NCBI GenBank assembly: GCA_002269645.1
Contig: NIVC01001167.1
Span: 62,001 to 126,000 of the forward strand
Origin: Macrostomum lignano
Taxonomy: Eukaryota
Length of the DNA stretch: 64,000 nt
Direction of reading: 5' to 3'
The translations under genes were made by a program, and so were the position numbers. Under the pieces are notes generated by a model, which had not been told where the DNA came from, searched no databases, and saw nothing but the letters and a program-made list of their open reading frames with translations. Below, in pieces: positions 24,901 to 35,100 of this stretch. The first letter of the stretch is position 1. Each line of letters begins with the position of its first letter.

Positions 24901-27900
24901 TTAAAAAACTTCTTGCCTCCTTCAGTTTTATATTGACGAGTGATGAAAAAATGAACAAAGTACCATCGCAAGCAGATGGCTGCAAAACGTGCCTGACCAA
25001 GTGATCAATTGACTCTCGTGAGCACTGGGGAGCAATGGCTGCGCGTCACTCAACTAAGTGTCTGTCTTTCACTATTTTATACCACACAGAGTCACGTAAA
25101 TTGGCTCAAGGCTCAAGCATTCTTTGATAGAAATTCTTCTTTTAGCTTTTGATTCTCGCAAAATTTAAGGTTTTCAATAGCTCGTTATTAGTGGCAGTCT
25201 GGTATTTGAAGGGTAGAGAAGAGAAAAGTAAAGTAGGGTAGACAGAGTAGGGTAGAGAGAGATAGGTAGAGAGATAAAAAAGAGAGTAGGATAGAGAGAG
25301 TAAGACTAGAGAGTAGGCTAGAGAGTGTAGGCTACAGAGTAGGGTAGAGAGTTTTGGCTAGAGTAGGGTAGAGAGTAGGGTAGAGAGAGTAGGGTAGAGA
25401 GTAGGGTAGAGAGAGTAGGATAGAGAGAGTAGGGTAGAGAGTGTAGGCTACAGAGTAGGGTAGAGAGTGTAGGCTACAGAGTAGGGTAGAGAGTTTTGGC
25501 TAGAGTAGGGTAGAGAGTAGGGTAGAGAGAGTAGGGTAGAGAGTAGGGTAGAGAGAGTAGGATAGAGAGAGTAGGGTAGAGAGTGTAGGCTACAGAGTAG
25601 GGTAGAGAGTGTAGGCTACAGAGTAGGGTAGAGAGTGTAGGCTACAGAGTAGGGTAGAGAGTGTAGGCTACAGAGTAGGGTAGAGAGTGTAGGCTACAGA
25701 GTAGGGTAGAGAGAGATAGGTAGAGAGATAAAAAAGAGAGTAGGATAGAGAGAGTAAGACTAGAGAGTAGGCTAGAGAGTGTAGGCTACAGAGTAGGGTA
25801 GAGAGTTTTGGCTAGAGTAGGGTAGAGAGTAGGGTAGAGAGAGTAGGGTAGAGAGTAGGGTAGAGAGAGTAGGATAGAGAGAGTAGGGTAGAGAGTGTAG
25901 GCTACAGAGTAGGGTAGAGAGTGTAGGCTACAGAGTAGGGTAGAGAGTGTAGGCTACAGAGTAGGGTAGAGAGTGTAGGCTACAGAGTAGGGTAGAGAGT
26001 GTAGGCTACAGAGTAGGGTAGAGAGTGTAGGCTACAGAGTAGGGTAGAGAGTGTAGGCTACAGAGTAGGGTAGAGAGTGTAGGCTACAGAGTAGGGTAGA
26101 GAGTGTAGGCTACAGAGTAGGGTAGAGAGTGTAGGCTACAGAGTAGGGTAGAGAGAGTAGGGTAGAGAGAGTAAGGTAGAGAGAGTAGGGTAAAGAGAGT
26201 AGGGTAGAGAGAGTAGGGTAAAGAGAGTAAGGTAGAGAGAGAGAGAGTAGGGTAGAGAGAGTAGGGTAGACAGAGAGTAGGGTAGAGAGTGTAGGGTAAA
26301 GAGAGTAGGGTAGAGAGAGTAGGGTAGACAGAGAGTAGGGTAGAGAGTGTAGGGTAGAGAGAGTAGGGTAGAGAGAGTAGGGTAGACAGAGAGTAGGGTA
26401 GAGAGTGTAGGGTAGAGAGAGTAGGGTAAAGAGAGTAAGGTAGAGAGAGAGAGAGAGTAGGGTAGAGAGAGTAGGGTAGACAGAGAGTAGGGTAGAGAGT
26501 GTAGGGTAGAGAGAGTAGGGTAGAGAGAGTAGGGTAGACAGAGTGTAGGGTAGAGAGTGTAGGGTAGAGAGAGTAGGGTAAAGAGAGTAAGGTAGAGAGA
26601 GAGAGTAGGGTAGACAGAGAGTAGGGTAGAGAGTGTAGGGTAGAGAGAGTAGGGTAGAGAGAGTAGGGTAGACAGAGAGTAGGGTAGAGAGTGTAGGGTA
26701 GAGAGAGTAGGGTAGAGAGAGTAGGGTAAAGAGAGTAAGGTAGAGAGAGAGAGAGTAGGGTAGAGAGAGTAGGGTAGACAGAGAGTAGGGTAGAGAGTGT
26801 AGGGTAGACAGAGAGTAGGGTAGAGAGTGTAGGGTAGAGAGAGTAGGGTAGAGAGAGTAAGGTAGACAGAGAGTAGGGTAGAGAGTGTAGGGTAGAGAGA
26901 GTAGGGTAAAGAGAGTAAGGTAGAGAGAGAGAGTAGGGTAGACAGAGTAGGGTAGACAGAGAGTAGGGTAGAGAGTGTAGGGTAGAGAGAGTAGGGTAGA
27001 GAGAGTAGGGTAAAGAGAGTAAGGTAGAGAGAGAGAGAGTAGGGTAGAGAGAGTAGGGTAGACAGAGAGTAGGGTAGAGAGTGTAGGGTAGAGAGAGTAG
27101 GGTAGAGAGAGTAAGGTAGACAGAGAGTAGGGTAGAGAGTGTAGGGTAGAGAGAGTAGGGTAAAGAGAGTAAGGTAGAGAGAGAGAGTAGGGTAGACAGA
27201 GTAGGGTAGACAGAGAGTAGGGTAGAGAGTGTAGGGTAGAGAGAGTAGGGTAGAGAGAGTAGGGTAAAGAGAGTAAGGTAGAGAGAGAGAGAGTAGGGTA
27301 GAGAGAGTAGGGTAGACAGAGAGTAGGGTAGAGAGTGTAGGATAGAGAGAGTAGGGTAAAGAGAGTAAGGTAGAGAGAGAGAAAGTAGGGTAGAGAGAGT
27401 AGGGTAGACAGAGAGTAGGGTAGAGAGAGTAGGGTAGAGAGAGTAGGGTAGAGAGAGTAGGATAGAGAGAGTAGGATAGAGAGAGTAGGATAGAGAAAGT
27501 AGGGTAGAGAGAGTAGGATAGAGAGAGTAGGATAGAGAGAGTAGGATAGAGAGAGTAGGATAGAGAGAGTAGGGTAGAGAGAATAGGATAGAGAGAGTAG
27601 GGTAGAGAGAGTAGGATAGAGAGAGTAGGGTAGAGAGAGTAGGGTAAAGAGAGTAAGGTAGAGAGAGAGAGTAGGGTAGAGAGAGTAGGATAGAGAGAGT
27701 AGGGTAGAGAGAGTAGGGTAAAGAGAGTAAGGTAGAGAGAGAGTAGGGTAGAGAGAGTAGGGTAGAGAGAGTAGGATAGAGAGAGTAGGATAGAGAGAGT
27801 AGGATAGAGAGAGTAGGGTAGAGAGAGTAAGGTAGAGAGAGAGAGAGTAGGGTAGAGAGAGTAGGATAGAGAGTAGGGTAGAGAGAGTAGGATAGAGAGA

Positions 27901-28443
27901 GTAGGGTAGAGAGAGTAGGGTAAAGAGAGTAAGGTAGAGAGAGAGTAGGGTAGAGAGAGTAGGGTAGAGAGAGTAGGATAGAGAGAGTAGGATAGAGAGA
28001 GTAGGGTAGAGAGAGTAAGGTAGAGAGAGAGAGTAGGGTAGAGAGTAGGGTAGAGAGAGTAGGGCAGAGAGTAGGGAGAGAGTAGGGTAGAGAGCAAGGA
28101 ACTAAAAAACAAAAGTAATACTTGTGCATCTCTCACCATGCCTCCCCAAACGGTCGCCCCGGTTCCAGCGCCCCAGCAGGCCATCCCGGACCTCGCAGAC
28201 AGCTGCCTGCTGGATTCTGACGACTCTCTACAGATGATGGACGACGATCCGGAAGGCGAGCTCGGCGAAGTCTGGGGCCACTCACTGGCTTGGATAGACC
28301 AGAGAGGCGATTTCGAACGGCTCATCCGCTGTCCGAACGGCCCGGAAGATCCGACGGAGGCTAGCAGGTCGCGGGTTCGAGCCCGGATTTGGCGACCAAC
28401 CCAAACGGCCACGGGAATGTGGTTCGGCGGAGGGGACGTTTGA
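18985..28443 (+). CDS. PTF1A: PTF1a/Fer1-type bHLH transcription factor, ~266 aa; exons 18985-19510 and 28169-28443 (alternative acceptor at 28199 possible)
   Basis: bHLH QRKAANQRERKRMRSINAAFEGLR...RLSKVETL; linker KIVLLCR resembles vertebrate KVIICHR; exon 2 has GHSLAW (C1, vertebrate GHSLSW) and RARIWRP (C2, vertebrate RTAKVWTP). Phase-1 donor CAAG|GTGAGT matches acceptor ccggttccag|. Confidence 0.88.
19548..20297. repeat. 22-bp pyrimidine-rich minisatellite (ctctccctctccgctgtctacc), PTF1a intron
   Basis: About 34 units starting about 35 nt after the donor. Confidence 0.95.
20563..22647 (-). pseudogene. Possible decayed type-I membrane/mucin-like gene: signal-like start, (EETAP/EETSP)n stalk, hydrophobic segment and tail
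   Basis: The minus frame of the 15-bp repeat reads EETAP and runs in frame into ORF 20563-20994 containing ICCCVCIVTSFALSLLLGGLL-NK. ATG at 22647 begins MILIIVIFHLDFVAIA. Disrupted by 16-nt units and gaa-taa variants. Confidence 0.35.
21040..22595. repeat. 15-bp minisatellite (ttcttcaggggctgt/ttcttcaggagatgt) with occasional 16-bp units
   Basis: About 100 units. Confidence 0.95.
23085..24215. repeat. 21-bp minisatellite (ctaccctgtctactctgttat), PTF1a intron
   Basis: Tandem units, most homogeneous in 23600-24180. Confidence 0.95.
25232..28092. repeat. Purine-rich 14/26-bp satellite (gagagtagggtaga; gagtgtaggctacagagtagggtaga), PTF1a intron
   Basis: About 2.9 kb of tandem units with higher-order blocks. 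Confidence 0.95.
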
Positions 28444-28949
28444 AGGTCATTCTTCAAGCAATATCGTCATCTTGTCTGGCGAGTTTGTCTTCAGCCGCTT
28501 AAAGATATTTTATTTGTGCATAAAAGTTGTTTCAACAGTTTAACAATGAGAGTTTTGCTCTATAAATTAAAGCAATTGTGTAGTTTTTTAATCCTCTAGG
28601 AGGCTGAGTGCATGCTAATGAGCTTGTTTATAATGAGCTATATAAATATAATTATCTTTAAATATACAGCAGCAACTACCATAACTTCTACTGTATATTT
28701 GCAGTCTCCTATGTCTCCTATCGTCAGGTGTACATGCCTGTCGATATTAGACAGTCGGGGGCGCCGTACACCCTGTGTGAGCGTGTGTACTAATTAGCTG
28801 TGAGGCGTGATCTCTGCGCGCGTGTGTGCTCAGCTCAGACACCTCAGGATGGCGGCTAAGACTTAGGAGATCCCATTTTTGGTCTAATATTAGTTTTCTT
28901 CATTTCATCCTACTTTTACCACCCTGAATAACCCTCTTCTATCATCTGT

Positions 28950-29365
28950 GAATCACCCTCTTCCCTCTCTGAGTCACCCTCTCTTCCCTCTCTGAGTCAC
29001 CCTCTCTTCCCTCTCTGAGTCTCTCTTTTCCCTCTCCGAGTCACCCTCTTCCCTCTCTGAGTCTCTCTTTTCCCTCTCTGAGTCTCTCTCTTTTCCCTCT
29101 CTGAGTTACCCTCTCTTCCCTCTGAGTCACCCTCTCTTCCCTCTCTGAGTCACCCTCTCTTCCCTCTCTGAGTCACCCTCTTCCCTCTCTGAGTCTCTCT
29201 TTTCCCTCTCTGAGTCTCTCTCTTTTCCCACTCCGAGTCACCCTCTTTTCCCTCTCTGAGCCACCCCCTTCCCTCTCTGAGTCTCTCTCTATTCCCTCTC
29301 TGAGTCTCTCTCTATTCTCTCTCTTTTCTCTCCCTGAGTCACCCTCTCTTCCCTCTCTAAATTAC
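28950..29365. repeat. ~23-bp minisatellite (gagtcaccctctcttccctctct)
   Basis: Tandem degenerate units. Confidence 0.9.
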
Positions 29366-29964
29366 CTGTCTTTCCTTCTTTGAATATCGCAGCATTCACT
29401 GCTAAGAATGGGGTCTCATTCAACAGGATATAACCGTGGGCTACTTATCACAGCAGGGAAGCAGCCATTCCTAACTAAGCACACCTCAAATCTCACCTCG
29501 ATGCTGTCCTAGGAGCAGTGGAATTCTTTCTATTATAATATACTTTTTTATTGAGTTTTTTTTGTTTGGGCCAAGAAGTTGAAACTATAGCTATAGCTAC
29601 TCTCCTCTATACTTCTCAAGTCTCAAGGGACACGAAATTATGATCCCACCTGAAGCTACGAGTATTAAACAACTCAAGTGGATAATTGATGACTCGAGGC
29701 TTGATAAACTATTCACAATGCGATAAGAGTTGACAAAAACTTTATGCGCGTTGAGGAATGAAAAAAATTCATTCTTTTTTTTGTTTAAAACTCAACGGGG
29801 AATCCTGAATGGAGTGTGGAAATATGGGATAATGTAAGGACCTGTTGATGGAAGGCGGAGCTGCTTAAAGACACGTTTCTTAACTTGATATGAAGATTCT
29901 ACATGCACCATTATGGCTAAAAATGGTGCGCCAGAGATAACGGATGTAGCACCTTGATGTCTGG

Positions 29965-30185
29965 AATTAGCGCCTTGAAATAACCGGAAATGGCGCCTAA
30001 GGATAACCAGAAATGGCGCCTTAAAATAATCGGAAATGGCGCCTAAGGACAACCGAAAAGGGCGCCCTACGCTAACCGTAAGTGACGCCTAAGAATAACC
30101 GGAAATGGCGCCTCAAAATAACCGGAAATGGCACCACAAGATTACCGGAAATCGGAACTCAAAGTAACCGTAAATGACGCCTAAT
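29965..30185. repeat. Degenerate ~24-bp repeat (aaataaccggaaatggcgcct)
   Basis: About 9 diverged units. Confidence 0.8.
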
Positions 30186-30647
30186 GTTTTTTTAGATAAA
30201 ATAATTAAGTCAAAAATACTTTGACGTATGTGATAATTATCAATGAAGTAGTTTAGTAAATTCGTCACAGATATTTACAAACTCCAATATTCCATAATTA
30301 TTAACAAGACACACTGCCGTATCAGTGGTACACACAGGAAACTAATTAACTAGAACTGATTTCTTCTGACCAGACAGACTTAACAAAAAACAGCGAAATC
30401 TGCTTTTATCAATGTTGTTTTTTTATTTACAATTTTTCCTTAGTGAGGCCAGGCGAGGTGAGGTGAGGTGGCTACACACAGACATATGGAAATAAAATCC
30501 GTATGATTTGCATTCGAAAAGTACATGCAAGGCTTCTTAATTTAGCAAAAAAAGAAATTAAATTGTTCAAAAGTAAAGCCTTCTGCCCGTCCTTCGAATT
30601 TTGTTTGTTCACATTTCTATCGAAATTCGTAAATCCAGATATCGAAC

Positions 30648-31560
30648 ACCAAGATCCTGAACTGGAATCCCAAGATCCTGAACTAGAATCCCAAGATCCT
30701 GAACTGGAATCCCAAGATCCTGAACTGGAATCCCAAGATACTGAACTGGAATCCCAAGATCCTAAACTAGAATCCCAAGATCCTGAACTAGAATCCCAAG
30801 ATCCTGAACTAGAATCCCAAGATCCTGAACTTTAAATCCCAAGATCCTGAACTGGAATCCCAAGATCCTGAACTTAAATCCCAAGATCCTGAACTGTAAT
30901 CCCAAGATCCTGAACTGGAATCCCAAGATCCTGAACTGGAATCCCAAGATCCTGAACTGGAATCCCAAGATCCTGAACTGGAATCCCAAGATCCTGAACT
31001 GGAATCCCAAGATCCTAAACTGGAATCCCAAGATCCTGAACTGGAATCCCAAGATCCTAAACTGGAATCCCAAGATCCTGAACTGGAATCCCAAGATCCT
31101 GAACTGGAATCCCAAGATCCTGAACTTAAATCCCAAGATCCTGAACTGGAATCCCAAGATCCTGAACTGGAATCCCAAGATCCTGAACTGGAATCCCAAG
31201 ATCCTGAACTGGAATCCCAAGATCCTGAACTGGAATCCCAAGATCCTAAACTGGAATCCCAAGATCCTGAACTGGAATCCCAAGATCCTGAACTGGAATC
31301 CCAAGATCCTGAACTGGAATCCCAAGATCCTGAACTAGAACCCCAAGATCCCAATTTCGAACCCCAAGATCCCGAATTAGAACCCCAAGATCCCGATTTC
31401 GAATCCCAAGATCCCGATTTCGAATCCCAAGATCTCGAATTAGAACCCCCAAGATCCCGAATTAAACCCCAAGATCCCGAATTAAACTTCAAGATCCCGA
31501 ATTAGAACCAAAAGATCCCGAATTAGAACCCCAAGATCCCAAATTAGAACCCCAAGATCT
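30648..31560. repeat. 21-bp minisatellite (ccaagatcctgaactggaatc)
   Basis: About 43 units, some of 20 nt. Confidence 0.95.
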
Positions 31561-32113
31561 AAAATTACGATTATATATTTTTAATTTTAGCAAATTTCTC
31601 TCCACTCGCTACTATAAGTAACGTACACAGCCACGCCAACTGACTAAAAATGCGAAATAAATAATAATATTTAATAATAAATTGATCAAATGACCACCAA
31701 AGATAAGAGAAGTAATCAATCAAGTAAGCATCAGAAGGCCACAATAAAGGTATACAAATAATTGTTTATTCAATTAGAAAGCATTAAAAGTTCTGCAAAC
31801 CGAAGCATAGGGTTTACTTGTGTTTTCAATATTAATAAAAGCAAAGCATAACTCAGATAAGGGCTCAGGAGACTGATTTTAGGGCAATTTTATTTATTTT
31901 TGGCACAACCAGCTCTTCATAGAACAATTTTTACACCAATTAAAATATTTCATCATAGATGCTCTTTGTACACTACTTAACCCAGCTAGTCAGTAGGCAA
32001 TTTAGCAAAACACTGTCAAAAGGTTTATTCTTCAAAAAATGGCAACAGAAGACATTTGAAGGAGAAAAAATTCAGATTGCATTTTTTGTTGGTTCACACG
32101 CGACCTGGCAGCC

Positions 32114-35100
32114 TCACAGGCCCCAATTGAAGCCGCCAGGGCGCTCTTCTTCTGGAAGAGGCTGATAATTGGGATCTTGCTGGCCTGGGGGCGCGTCGAA
32201 CAGCGTTTTGCTGTGGGAGACCAGGGTGGGCAAAAGTGAATTTTTTGCTTACCGACTTAACTGAGGAGTGTGACCCATGCTGTCACCGTGACTGTGACCC
32301 ATGCTGTCACCGTGACTGTGACCCATGCTGTCACCGTGACTGTGACCCATGCTGTCACCGTGACTGTGACCCATGCTGTCACCGTGACTGTGACCCATGC
32401 TGTCACCGTGACTGTGACCCATGCTGTCACCGTGACTGTGACCCATGCTGTCACCGTGACTGTGACCCATGCTGTCACCGTGACTGTGACCCATGCTGTC
32501 ACCGTGACTGTGACCCATGCTGTCACCGTGACTGTGACCCATGCTGTCACCGTGACTGTGACCCATGCTGTCACCGTGACTGTGACCCATGCTGTCACCG
32601 TGACTGTGACCCATGCTGTCACCGTGACTGTGACCCATGCTGTCACCGTGACTGTGACCCATGCTGTCACCGTGACTGTGACCCATGCTGTCACCGTGAC
32701 TGTGACCCATGCTGTCACCGTGACTGTGACCCATGCTGTAACTGTGACCCATGGTGTCACCGTGACCGTGACCCATGCTGTAACTGTGACCCATGCTGTA
32801 ACTGTGGTTGTGACCCATGCTGTAACTGTGACCCATGCTGTCACCGTGACTGTGACCCATGCTGTAACTGTGGCTGTGACCCATGCTGTCACCGTGACTG
32901 TGACCCATGCTGTAACTGTGGCTGTGACCCATGCTGTAACTGTGACCCATGCTGTCACCGTGACTGTGACCCATGCTGTCACCGTGACCCATGCTGTAAC
33001 TGTGACCCATGCTGTAACTGTGACCCATGCTGTAACTGTGGCTGTGACCCATGCTGTAACTGTGACTGTGACCCATGCTGTAACTGTGGCCCATGCTGTA
33101 ACTGTGGCTGTGACCCATGCTGTAACTGTGACTGTGACCCATGCTGTAACTGTGACCCATGCTGTAACTGTGACCCATGCTGTAACTGTGGCTGTGACCC
33201 ATGCTGTAACTGTGACCCATGCTGTAACTGTGACTGTGACCCATGCTGTAACTGTGGCTGTGACCCATGCTGTAACTGTGACCCATGCTGTAACTGTGGC
33301 TGTGACCCATGCTGTAACTGTGACCCATGCTGTAACTGTGGCTGTGACCCATGCTGTAACTGTGACCCATGCTGTAACTGTGGCTGTGACCCATGCTGTA
33401 ACTGTGGCTGTGACCCATGCTGTCACTGTGACTCGGACCGAGTATTTACTAATCATTAAGGGCAGTGACTCACAGGAATTGAGGAGTCCGCAGCACGCGA
33501 AAGCCGTTACGCTGTCTTGGGAAAACATCTTCAAGAAAATAATACACGTGACCTGCTGCGATGCCTGCAATAATAATAAGAAACATATTGATTTGCTGCT
33601 GTGTGATCTATTAATTTAGGATTGGGATCTATAGGTTTTAGTATTAGGATCTACAGATTTTAGTATTGTGGTCTATAGACTAATGATTAGTATCTATAGC
33701 ATACATGCGCAACCTCTGAAATTCGGTCGGCCATGCGACTTAGTTTTAACAAAAATGCGACGTAGTTTTTGGCCAAAAAATGCGACTTACATGTAAAAAA
33801 ACCCTAAAGCAAAATTAACGCAACTTTGGGTAAACGGCAGGAGTAACTATGACTGTCTTATTAAGCCAATATGCCTCGTCAGCTACTTAGTACTACTACT
33901 TGATTATTTTTTCGGGTGGGCATTTTTGCGACTTCCTTGGTTGGCCGCCAAATCGGTCGGCCGGATCGGCCGACTCGGCCGACTGTTGCGCATGTATGAT
34001 CTATAGATTGAGGATTACGATCTATAGATTTAGGATTAGGATCTATAGATTTAGGATTAGGATCTATAGATTTAGGATTAGGATCTATAGATTTAGGATT
34101 AGGATCTATAGATTTATGATTGCGATCTGTAGATTTAGTATCTGGGTATCTGTAGATTTTAGTATTGGGATCTATAGATTAATAAATACGAGTTTCTAGT
34201 GAATAAAACTTGTGGGAAAAGGTCTAAATTATGACAGACTCACCCATAGCGTCAACAATAATAACGTTTCCCAGTAGGAACGAAAAAGCCATCAGCACCC
34301 AAGGCAAGTAGGGAGCTTGAAAAGTGAGCAAACCAAAGAAATTCATCCTGATGAATGGATTCCTTCGACTCCAAACGTAGACAATCATGATTGTGAAAGC
34401 CTGGCTAAGGAATACCATATTCACGAATAGGCCTGCGAGCTGAAATTAAAAAAAGGAAATGATAAAACGGCCCTTTTCAGTTCTGCTACTTGCTATACAC
34501 AATTAAAATTAAGAGAAAATAACATAACAATCTAAACCTATGACTATTGAACACAAACGTAAAACAAATATTGAATTTCGCAATTTAATAAATATTGCTG
34601 CTATCTAGTCTAGGGTGTTAATAAAATATTTTCGTAAAACGACCCTTTTAAGGGCCACCACTACTTATCTACAAATTTTAATGAAATCAACTAATATTGA
34701 TAATCGAGACGCAGAGTCGACTTATTAAAAACACTTTTACAATAATGTTTACAAAAACGGCTCTTTTTAGGGCCGCTGCACTCAGATGATCACTCACCGT
34801 CATGAAGCAACCGCCAAAGATGAACATGAGCGCAAAATCGCTGGTTCGGCCTCGGAACGAGTTTTCTTCAAGCATGCGACAGTACCGATAATTGAACACC
34901 ATATTAAAGAAGAAATTGAATCCAAATGTGCCAAAGAAGCAGAAGTTTGTAATTAAACGCCAAAGCTGAAAATTTACGGAAGACAAGATTTAGGCATTAA
35001 AAACTTTCAAAACAATCAACCAATATGAGATAATTTAAAATGATAAAATACGACTTACCTGTAGGTTCTTGAATATCAATGTTGGATGGAAGTACAGTTG

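Larger units (their letters stand above)
33620..34180. repeat. 21-bp minisatellite (ggatctatagatttaggatta) in Derlin intron 4, split by a MITE
   Basis: Units present on both sides of 33700-33998. Confidence 0.9.

Noticed and set aside
26084-28457. 681-aa and 773-aa minus-strand L/S/Y/P ORFs
   Set aside because: Stop-free satellite translation, antisense to PTF1a exon 2.
30503-30835. 110-aa ORF running into QDPELES repeats
   Set aside because: 21-bp repeat with frame-breaking 20-nt units; AT-rich, non-coding-like 5' part.
32236-33619. 407-aa Cys-rich (CDPCC) ORF and overlapping 389-449-aa ORFs
   Set aside because: They are translations of the 24/18-bp repeat filling Derlin intron 5; several frames on both strands are open, typical of a repeat artefact.
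33828-33891. Functional 28S rRNA gene
   Set aside because: Only 64 bp, mutated, and enclosed in a MITE; no other rDNA nearby.
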